NCBI GenBank assembly: GCA_963842825.1
Contig: CAWJHX010000009.1
Location: forward strand, 532,520 to 572,519
Direction: 5' to 3'
DNA length: 40,000 bases
DNA from: Terriglobia bacterium
GTDB lineage: Bacteria; Acidobacteriota; Terriglobia; Bryobacterales; Bryobacteraceae
Made by a program: the position numbers and the translations under genes. Every line of letters starts with the position of its first letter. The stretch's first letter is position 1. Shown here one piece after another: positions 32,924 to 40,000 of this stretch. The notes under the pieces were generated by a model that saw nothing but the letters and a program-made list of their open reading frames with translations, searched no databases and was not told the origin of the DNA.

Positions 32924-33943
32924 TTACTGCATAGGCGCATAGTAGCCGAGCCGCCAGTGGGCCTTCAGCGGGGACACGCCAGGCGGTTGCGCCAGCTTCA
33001 CTTCCACTTTGCGATATTTCCCGTCGGTCGCCTCATTCTTGGGGTAGTAGCCGACCATATATTGATTCCGCAGTTCGACGGCAATTCTGGCCGCGACGCT
33101 CGGCAGGTCGCTGGTAAGCGCAGCCGCGAAAGCGCGCCCGCCGGTTTGTGTCGCAATCTCCGAAAGCAGCTTCGGCCCCGAGACCTCCTCGTTGGGCAGG
33201 CCGAGCGAAAAGGTGGGCTCGAACACGCCCATGGCGTAAATCTGCACATCGGCTTCCCGAACCAGCGACTCGATCTGGTCCGCGGTGTACTTGCTGTGGT
33301 TATCGCCGCCATCGGAAATGATGACGATCGCCTTGCGCGAGTTCTTCGCCTTCTTCATCTCGGCCAAGGCGGTTTGAACAGCGTCCAGCAGCGCGGTCAG
33401 GCCGTTGGGTTGAGCTTTTTTCAGCGCGGTCTCCACCTCCTCGGTGCGGGAGGTGAACGGCACGGAAAGCTTGGCGCTTTCGTTGAACTCCACCAGAAAC
33501 GCCTCGTCGTTTGCGTTCATGGTTTTCAGGAAGTGGATCACGGCCGCCTGTGAAGTCCGCAGCTTGTAGTCCATGCTGCCGCTCTCGTCGAACACCAGGC
33601 CCACCGAGAGAGGCGCATCCTCGCCGGAGAAGTGCACCACAGTCTGTTCCACACCATCCTCCAGAAGATGGAAGTCTTCTTTTTGAAGGCCCAGAACAAA
33701 ACGATTCTGCGAGTCCGTCACGGCGATGGGGATCTGCACCAAGGTGGTGTCGACTCGCAAGCTGAGTCCGGTTTCGGGCGAGGAAGCCGCCGGCGAGGAG
33801 GAAGGCGAACGAGGAGAAGACGCGGCCGAATTGCCGGATTTTGCGCCCGCGGATTCCTGGCCATGAGCCGCGTACGAAAAAAGCAGCGAGAGGGCCGCCA
33901 CACCCGCCCCAAAGGTCTTGTAAGGAGCCCATTTTCTCAACAT
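32924..33943 (-). CDS. VWA domain protein of the acidobacterial VWFA-related family (TIGR03436-like)
   Basis: Signal peptide, then LRVDTTLVQIPIAVTDSQNRFVLGLQKEDFHLLEDGVEQTVVHFSGEDAPLSVGLVFDESGSM (MIDAS DxSGS). Also AIVIISDGGDNHS. Confidence 0.8.
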   Translation of the reverse strand: MLRKWAPYKTFGAGVAALSLLFSYAAHGQESAGAKSGNSAASSPRSPSSSPAASSPETGLSLRVDTTLVQIPIAVTDSQNRFVLGLQKEDFHLLEDGVEQTVVHFSGEDAPLSVGLVFDESGSMDYKLRTSQAAVIHFLKTMNANDEAFLVEFNESAKLSVPFTSRTEEVETALKKAQPNGLTALLDAVQTALAEMKKAKNSRKAIVIISDGGDNHSKYTADQIESLVREADVQIYAMGVFEPTFSLGLPNEEVSGPKLLSEIATQTGGRAFAAALTSDLPSVAARIAVELRNQYMVGYYPKNEATDGKYRKVEVKLAQPPGVSPLKAHWRLGYYAPMQ

Positions 33944-34718
33944 GGTCCTACTCCAGACGTTGTCCTATACGGACTCTCACTGAGCCTAGCATGGCACACT
34001 TTCGGGAAGGTTAACCCCACCGTGTCACCAAAGCGATGGCGACACAAGGAATTCCGTGGCGGGCACTCTTATTTGAACTTCTTGGAGGGTACGCGCTCTT
34101 GCGCCGGATCGCCTGACGTCCGCGCTTGTGCCGTCGCGGGCGGGCGGCGCTTCGCACTACCGTGGTCCAATGCGGCCCCATCGCTCCAGATCAGAAGGCA
34201 AGCCCAACGAAACCAGTAGGCGAACAGCAGAGCCGCGCTCACCGTGATGACGATGTTGGAGACAAGCTCAAGCATGAGGCTGCGCTTCCTCTTCCACGGG
34301 CCGGGCGGCGGCGCTTGAGATCGTCAACCGATGTACGAGAGCGTCCACGCTGGTGAATATATTCGCAACTGGATCGCGTTGGGCTAAATCACCCATCTGT
34401 ACTCTTCTTGGCTAGCTCGTACAGTCCAGTACGTTTCGGCGCGATCCGGTACTTTCGCGCAGTGGTTGCGGGCCTACCCGCTGGCTTGAGACACGACGAG
34501 GGGGATTGAACAGCGAAACCTGTTTTGTGAGCGATAAGAGTTTCCGATCGGAGCTTACCCGCCGGAAAGGCATCGGAGGGTGTTCGGAGTGTCGCAGGAA
34601 ACTTTTTCGATGGAGAACCAGCGCCTGGACGTGAGGAATGAATACCCGATCACCGCCGTTATCGGAATGTGATCACATCCGCGCAGAAAAGAGGTCAGCC
34701 GGGGTCGAACCGGATGCG

Positions 34719-34931
34719 TCATTTCTGTGCGGCGAGGAAAGCAACACGCGCGGCGACCTTTTGGTGCGCGGACCTGCTTTTGGCCGATTCTGTTTTGCCT
34801 GGTTTCATCAGCCAAGCCATGAAGGAGCTTCTCCTCGCCCCAGGCGCCGGCTCTCCGCAGACATAACATTTCAGCTCGTTCTTCGTAATGATGCTGTTGC
34901 ATTCCAAGCAGCGGGAGTTGCAATTTGGCAT
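34719..34931 (-). CDS. Small zinc-ribbon protein
   Basis: MPNCNSRCLECNSIITKNELKCYVCGEP has two CxxC pairs and a basic tail. 70 aa. Confidence 0.4.
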   Translation of the reverse strand: MPNCNSRCLECNSIITKNELKCYVCGEPAPGARRSSFMAWLMKPGKTESAKSRSAHQKVAARVAFLAAQK

Positions 34932-35149
34932 GGCTCATTAAAGACGAAAAAGTTCTATCTGTCCATGGAACAGATGTACCAGCCAGGATTGTGCCTTTCG
35001 TTCTAAGGCCTGCTTCCGGTCAACCACAATTAACGTATGTACTAGCGAACAGATGGTCTCCGAACGGATTGGGGAGCTCAACAGCGCGCCAGTCCGCGGG
35101 CGAGCGGCGAAAGACGCGCTGAGAAATCTGTGGTATTAAGATCAGGATA

Positions 35150-35785
35150 ATGAAACGTTCACGTGTTCTCCTGGCAGACGATCACGTACTGATATTGGAA
35201 GGGCTCCAAAAGATCCTTGAACCCTATCACGAGGTCGTAGGAGCAGTCCGCGATGGCAGATCCCTGGTCGATGCGGCTCTTCGCCTCAAGCCTGACCTAA
35301 TCATTCTGGGCATCACCATGCCGCTCCTTAATGGTATCGATGTGGCCCGGCAGATCCGGAAGAGCTTGCCTCGGGTAAAACTGCTTTTTCTGACCGCCCA
35401 TGCAAACCCAGCAAACCTCCGGGAGGCATTGAATGCTGGGGCAACGGGATACATTCTCAAGTCGTCGACCCGGGAGGAAATCCTGGACGGGGTAAACAAA
35501 GCTCTGGCGGGACAGACATACATATCACGCGGTATCGTCGCGGAGGACTTCGATCTATCGCGATGGCAAAGGGGAAAGGGTACGGGGTCCCCCGCGGCGC
35601 TAACTTCCCGCGAGAGGGAGATTCTCCAAATGCTTTCCGAGGGTCGGACGGCCAAGGAAGCTGGGTCCATGCTGAGTATCTCGCCCAAGACTGTTGCGTT
35701 CCATAGGAACAACATCAAACGAAAGCTTGGCGTGCGGAAAACCGTCGAACTGATTCGACGCGCGATCCACGACGGATTAGTCTGA
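35150..35785 (+). CDS. NarL/FixJ (LuxR)-family two-component response regulator
   Basis: The receiver domain is RVLLADDHVLILEGL...DLIILGITMP...LFLTAH. The C-terminal LuxR HTH is LTSREREILQMLSEGRTAKEAGSMLSISPKTVAFHRNNIKRKLG. Confidence 0.9.
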   Translation: MKRSRVLLADDHVLILEGLQKILEPYHEVVGAVRDGRSLVDAALRLKPDLIILGITMPLLNGIDVARQIRKSLPRVKLLFLTAHANPANLREALNAGATGYILKSSTREEILDGVNKALAGQTYISRGIVAEDFDLSRWQRGKGTGSPAALTSREREILQMLSEGRTAKEAGSMLSISPKTVAFHRNNIKRKLGVRKTVELIRRAIHDGLV

Positions 35786-36150
35786 TATTGCATTCGCGTT
35801 AAATATTAAGAATTTTTTATAAACCTAGTCTTTTGCCCAGGTCTCGCTTTAGTACTCCTAGCCTATACTCAGTCCGACCAGTACAGTTGGCCACACTTTT
35901 TGCTGATACCTGCACGAGCGCACACGGGAGCGAAAGCGTGCCGTGGCAATTAAAGTGGCAGTTAAACAGGGCGAATAAGAAGGTGGACTGATATGTCTAA
36001 CGTTGCTATCGAGAAATGTCCTGACTCGGGAGCGCTTCCCGACGCACTGTGGCAAAGAATGAACGTAATTGCCGATGAGATCCGGCAGGGAGCCTTTCAC
36101 TAACGACCACGGCGAAGGCCTGACGAGCGAGCAACGCAGGCGCCCCACCG

Positions 36151-37233
36151 ATGCGGACGATTAACAAAATGATCACAAACAAACCTGGAGAAGGACGCGC
36201 CGAGAAGGCCATTCTCGCGGAGCCGGAGGCGGCAGTTAACTCCATGCTGCCCTTCGCGCCCCATCGGGATGGTTCCCCTCTGCTCGGGCGGCGCTGGGGA
36301 GTCATCCTCGCCGGCGGAGACGGGACACGCCTCCAAAAATTGACGCGCCACATCTGTGGCGATGACCGCCCGAAGCAGTTCTGTCCCCTGGTCGGCAGCG
36401 ACTCCCTACTGGAGCAGACCCGAATCAGGGCGGAACGGAGCATGCCGCGGGAGCAGATCTTAATTCCCTTAAGTCGGAGCCATCGGGCCTTTTATCTTCA
36501 AGAGCGAGGGATTCGTCCGTCGCAACGAGTTGTGCAACCGGCGAATAAAGGCACCGCGCCACCGATATTGCATAGTCTTCTGAGCATCGAACAGATAGAT
36601 GATAACGCCATCGTGGCGATTCTGCCCTGCGACCACCATTATTCGGAGGAGCAAACGTTCACGGACGCTTTGGAGTCTGCCTTTGATATCGCATCGCGGA
36701 ATGCTGAATCGGTGGTGCTCCTGGGAGCTCATCCACAGGGCCCGGAGGTCGAATACGGCTGGATCGAGTTGGGGCCGCCTGCATGCGCCTCCTCCTTCTA
36801 CGTGCGGGGATTTCGTGAGAAGCCATCGATCCAGGCGGCCCGCGAGCTCATGGAGCGAGGATCCCTCTGGAATACGTTCGTGATGGTAGGGCACGTGCGC
36901 GGCTTTCTGGAGATGATCCGCGCGGTTCTTCCGGAGATGGTAGAGCTCCTGCGCAAGAGCGAGTTGTGGGCTGGCTCCGAGACGAACATCGGGGAGCCGG
37001 TCTATGAAGGCATTCGGTCGGTCGATTTTTCGCAGGACGTTTTATCGGTTCAAACCCGGAGGCTGGTCACTTTGCGGATGGGCCTCACGGGCTGGAGCGA
37101 CTTGGGACACCCCGAACGGGCGATGGCCGTACTTCAGGCGGCTGGCCTGGAACCCTGGTGGATGAAGGAATGGAAAAACCCCAAGCGATCTCCGGCGCTT
37201 GAGCCGTCACGGGTAAGCTCCGCTGTTGCGTGA
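36151..37233 (+). CDS. Sugar-phosphate nucleotidyltransferase, mannose-1-phosphate guanylyltransferase-like
   Basis: WGVILAGGDGTRLQKLTRHICGDDRPKQFCPLVGSDSLLEQT (GxGTRL + PKQF signature). The start may lie further downstream (for example the Met at 36244). Confidence 0.7.
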   Translation: MRTINKMITNKPGEGRAEKAILAEPEAAVNSMLPFAPHRDGSPLLGRRWGVILAGGDGTRLQKLTRHICGDDRPKQFCPLVGSDSLLEQTRIRAERSMPREQILIPLSRSHRAFYLQERGIRPSQRVVQPANKGTAPPILHSLLSIEQIDDNAIVAILPCDHHYSEEQTFTDALESAFDIASRNAESVVLLGAHPQGPEVEYGWIELGPPACASSFYVRGFREKPSIQAARELMERGSLWNTFVMVGHVRGFLEMIRAVLPEMVELLRKSELWAGSETNIGEPVYEGIRSVDFSQDVLSVQTRRLVTLRMGLTGWSDLGHPERAMAVLQAAGLEPWWMKEWKNPKRSPALEPSRVSSAVA

Positions 37234-37994
37234 GGAAGACGACCGGATTCAAGCAGCGTCTTCCTCAGTTGCGGCCATTTGTCTTGCTGGCCGTCTGTCC
37301 CTGCGCCCAAACCAGAAGAAAATTGCCGCCCCACAGCTTCGCGACATCGCGTTCGGAATAGCCTCGCCGCGGTAGTTTCACCGTGACGTTCTACGCCTCG
37401 TCTTCGTTCTGCCATCCGGCGACACGCCCGCCGTGGTTGAAGTCCGATGAAATGCCCGCGTGTCTATTCCGATCTTCACCGCGTATGAAATCGATTCGAC
37501 GGGTTGCGCAATCGCCGCAGGCGGAGCCGCGCACGGCCCTCGGCTGCCTCCAAGGCCTTGGGAAGATAGTCGCTGGACGCGACCACGGGCAATCGCAAAA
37601 AAGGTATACTCCCATTCGGTTCCGCCGTTCATGAAAGCCAAGCTCTTTGCGATCGTCCTCGCGGTCCTGATGATGATCGGCATCGCGATCCTCCGACAAC
37701 GGATCATCAAGAAGCCATTGCCAACACAGCCGGGCGTCTTTGATCAGAAGCCACGGCGTCGTTAACGGGTCCGCGGTTTATGCACGTGAATTACCGACGA
37801 CGCGAGTAGCCGCCTGTTCAGACGTGTTGTCGGAAACCACTACGCTGACTCCGCGCTCGCGAATCGGAGCTGCAAACTTCCGCTGCCTTCAAGGTCTAAA
37901 GCGTAGCCGGCTCTTCGTTTCGTAGCGAGCCCACGCGGCTGGTGGTGCACTGCACTTAAACTCTAAAAGTGGGCTTAGACTGGAACAAATAGAA

Positions 37995-39323
37995 ATGAAG
38001 AAGCGTCTTCGATTGCTGCTTCGCGAAGCCACGTACAACTTGCGTGGCGGGTTTCTGGTGCGCCCACTGACCATCGCGCTTGCGCTGGGCTGTGCCGGCG
38101 CGATCCTGTCGTGGCTGGAAGAGACTTTCCCCGCGGTCAGCGACATCGCGCCGAGGGCTCTCTTTCCCTCCCACTCCGATCCGCAAGTCGCGCAATTCGT
38201 TCTGGGCGGCATCGCAGCTTCCATCATGACGGTGGTCTCTATTGTTTTCGCGATCCTGCTGATGACGCTCACGCTGGCCTCCATGCAGTTCTCGCCGCGC
38301 ATCATCGTCAGTTTTGCCAGGGACCGCGTGACTCAATGGACGCTTGGCATATTCCTTGGCACCTTCTGCTATTGCATGGCCGCGCTGCCGGCGGCGCGCA
38401 TGCTGCCGCAGCCCTTCGCGCCGGTCGCCACCGTGATGGGCGCGATGCTGCTGGCGCTGGCCTGTGTAGCTTGGTTGCTGTTCTTCATTCACCACATTTC
38501 CGAGTCCATCAGTGTCAGCCATATCGTCGACAGGATTGCCTCGGAAACAGAAGCCATGATCGATGAGGTGATGCCCTGGCCGCACCGGCTGAATGCCATG
38601 GCCGATCCGCATCTGTTGGAGGCTAGCACTTGGGAGACGCCGGTCCTGAGCCCTAAGTCAGGCTATATCCGCTTCATCGACACCGTGAGGTTGGTTGCTC
38701 TGGCGAGGTCGTATCACGTAAAGGTACACGTGGTTCGCCGCATAGGGCACTTCGTACCTGCGGGGACGACCCTTTTCATGATGCACAGAGGGAATCGGCT
38801 CTCTCCCGACCAATACGAAGAACTGCTTGGCGCGGTGGACCTGGGTCCATCCAGAACCTTGCAGCAGGACGTCGAGTTCGGAGTTTTGCAGATCGTCGAT
38901 ATCGCCCTAAAGGCGATCTCGCCCGCGGTGAACGATCCCAGCACCGGCGTCAGTTGCGTGGACCAATTGAGCAGGATCCTGATCCGTTTTGCTTCTCGGG
39001 AGATGCCGGCTCCTTTGCTGTACGATCCGCCGGGTGTCGTTCGGGCCAGCATTCCGTGGATCGATTTCGGCGGTTTGCTGACTTCGGCGTTTGAGCAGAT
39101 ACGCCTCTATTCGAAAGCCGATATCGCGGTCAGCTTGCGGATGTTGAGGGCCCTGAGCGACATTGCGGGGACCGTGGAAGACCCCGCGTATCGCCTGAAA
39201 CTCCTTGAGCTTGGAATACGGGTCGCGAATGGCTGCGCCGAAGAACTGACGGAAGAGGAAGTGAGACCGATCCGCGTTCGCCTGGCTACGCTGGAGAAAT
39301 TAGCGGCGTCTCCGGCACCTTAG
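37995..39323 (+). CDS. DUF2254-family membrane protein
   Basis: N-terminal MKKRLRLLLREATYNLRGGFLVRPLTIALALG and four TM segments, followed by a soluble C-terminal domain. This is the typical DUF2254 layout. Confidence 0.65.
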   Translation: MKKRLRLLLREATYNLRGGFLVRPLTIALALGCAGAILSWLEETFPAVSDIAPRALFPSHSDPQVAQFVLGGIAASIMTVVSIVFAILLMTLTLASMQFSPRIIVSFARDRVTQWTLGIFLGTFCYCMAALPAARMLPQPFAPVATVMGAMLLALACVAWLLFFIHHISESISVSHIVDRIASETEAMIDEVMPWPHRLNAMADPHLLEASTWETPVLSPKSGYIRFIDTVRLVALARSYHVKVHVVRRIGHFVPAGTTLFMMHRGNRLSPDQYEELLGAVDLGPSRTLQQDVEFGVLQIVDIALKAISPAVNDPSTGVSCVDQLSRILIRFASREMPAPLLYDPPGVVRASIPWIDFGGLLTSAFEQIRLYSKADIAVSLRMLRALSDIAGTVEDPAYRLKLLELGIRVANGCAEELTEEEVRPIRVRLATLEKLAASPAP

Positions 39324-39642
39324 AATGGCATGACGGTACTCATCTGGCCGCGTTCCTCAAACGAGGTTCCGCAAACTCGCCGGAACAATGCCAGCGACGA
39401 AGGGCCTGAATCCGAAATGAGTAACCGATCGCGACGATATGCGCAAAGGGGTAAGGGAGTCATAGAAAAGCCGTAAGGAAGTAATGAAGGCGCGCGATCT
39501 GCCTGACTTCAATACACGCATGGGGGCGGCTATGATAGGATGCTCCTGCGCCGCTGGCCGTCCCTGAACCGTCATCCGGCCGGCACTCCGGCGCTCCGAG
39601 CCGGACGAACCGGCCACAACGATGATCAAGGAGAACGCGAGT

Positions 39643-40000
39643 ATGGATGATCCGACAAGACGCGACATACTAGCAGCGGGGGCCGCGGCAACGGCGATGG
39701 CCGCGACGACGCGCGTGTTCGCTCAGCAGACCGGGCGCTTCTACGAAAAAGGCTCCGTTCGCATCCGCTATGAGGAGGCCGGTTCCGGCTTTCCGTTGTT
39801 GCTCATCGCCGGCGGCGGATTGAACTCCAGGATGGCCGGCTTGGTCACCAGCCCCTTCAACCCGATCGAAGAGTTCAAGGGAGAGTACCGCTGCATCTTC
39901 GCGGACCTGCGCAACGCCAATGGCGGCGAGTCCTCCGGTCCGCTCGAGATCGAACGGCCGTGGGATTCCTATGCCGATGACCATCTCGGTCTGATGGATC
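39643..40000 (+). CDS. Alpha/beta-hydrolase-fold protein with Tat-type signal (5' part only; runs off the window)
   Basis: Not in the ORF track because it is open to the window end. Manual translation from the ATG at 39643 (AAGGAGAA RBS at 39628-39635): MDDPTRRDILAAGAAATAMAATTRVFAQQTGRFYEKGSVRIRYEEAGSGFPLLLIAGGGLNSRM... This has a twin-arginine signal and the start of an alpha/beta hydrolase. Confidence 0.6.
   Translation, partial: MDDPTRRDILAAGAAATAMAATTRVFAQQTGRFYEKGSVRIRYEEAGSGFPLLLIAGGGLNSRMAGLVTSPFNPIEEFKGEYRCIFADLRNANGGESSGPLEIERPWDSYADDHLGLMD

Noticed and set aside
37460-37765. Possible 44-aa membrane peptide (ATG at 37631: MKAKLFAIVLAVLMMIGIAILRQRIIKK...) upstream of the DUF2254 gene.
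   Set aside because: It is plausible as a small hydrophobic peptide, but there is no RBS and conservation cannot be assessed. It is too weak to list as a feature.
39357-39984. Minus-strand ORFs 39357..39668 and 39670..39984 at the right edge.
   Set aside because: The plus strand carries a well-formed gene start (RBS, a Tat signal RRDILAAGAAA, the beginning of an alpha/beta hydrolase) from 39643. ORF 39670..39984 is its antisense shadow, and 39357..39668 has no supporting features.

Overview
High-GC chromosomal window, probably from an Acidobacteriota genome. That assignment is an inference from a TIGR03436-type acidobacterial VWFA protein, PRC-type c-cytochromes and many secreted NHL propellers.

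Left flank (1-7705): an envelope-glycan cluster (ArnT/GT39-like enzyme, AlgD-like nucleotide-sugar dehydrogenase, DUF218, methyltransferase::GT2 fusion). It is followed by an operon encoding a cytochrome c::PHM-like copper monooxygenase.

Centre (7764-24742): a 16,979-bp insertion that I interpret as a casposon, a Cas1-dependent self-synthesizing transposon.
- It has 36-bp terminal inverted repeats (35/36 identical), abutted on the outside by a perfect 14-bp direct repeat (GTCAATGCGGTCGG).
- The core holds a stand-alone Cas1 (no Cas2, no CRISPR array), a family-B DNA polymerase with all Exo and Pol motifs, an HNH protein and HTH proteins.
- The cargo holds a nucleoside-phosphorylase (ATP-nucleosidase-like)::WD40 protein, GIY-YIG and HNH-like proteins, and a GDGGPA-type NHL double propeller.
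- An IS5-family IS is nested inside with a CTAA target duplication.

The element sits in the divergent intergenic region between the PHM-like gene and a PAL-like NHL propeller gene. Those two genes together resemble a split bacterial counterpart of peptidylglycine alpha-amidating monooxygenase.

Right flank: lipoprotein, DUF6152-like protein, c-type cytochrome and an Rhs fragment. Then a REPtron (tandemly duplicated RAYT/IS200-like Y1 transposase plus four copies of a 22-nt REP). Then FecR-like, VWA, NarL-type regulator, sugar nucleotidyltransferase, DUF2254 and a partial Tat-signal alpha/beta hydrolase.

Two edge-truncated ORFs (1-1410 minus, 39643-40000 plus) are missing from the supplied ORF track and were found by manual translation. 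No rRNA, tRNA or CRISPR array was recognised.
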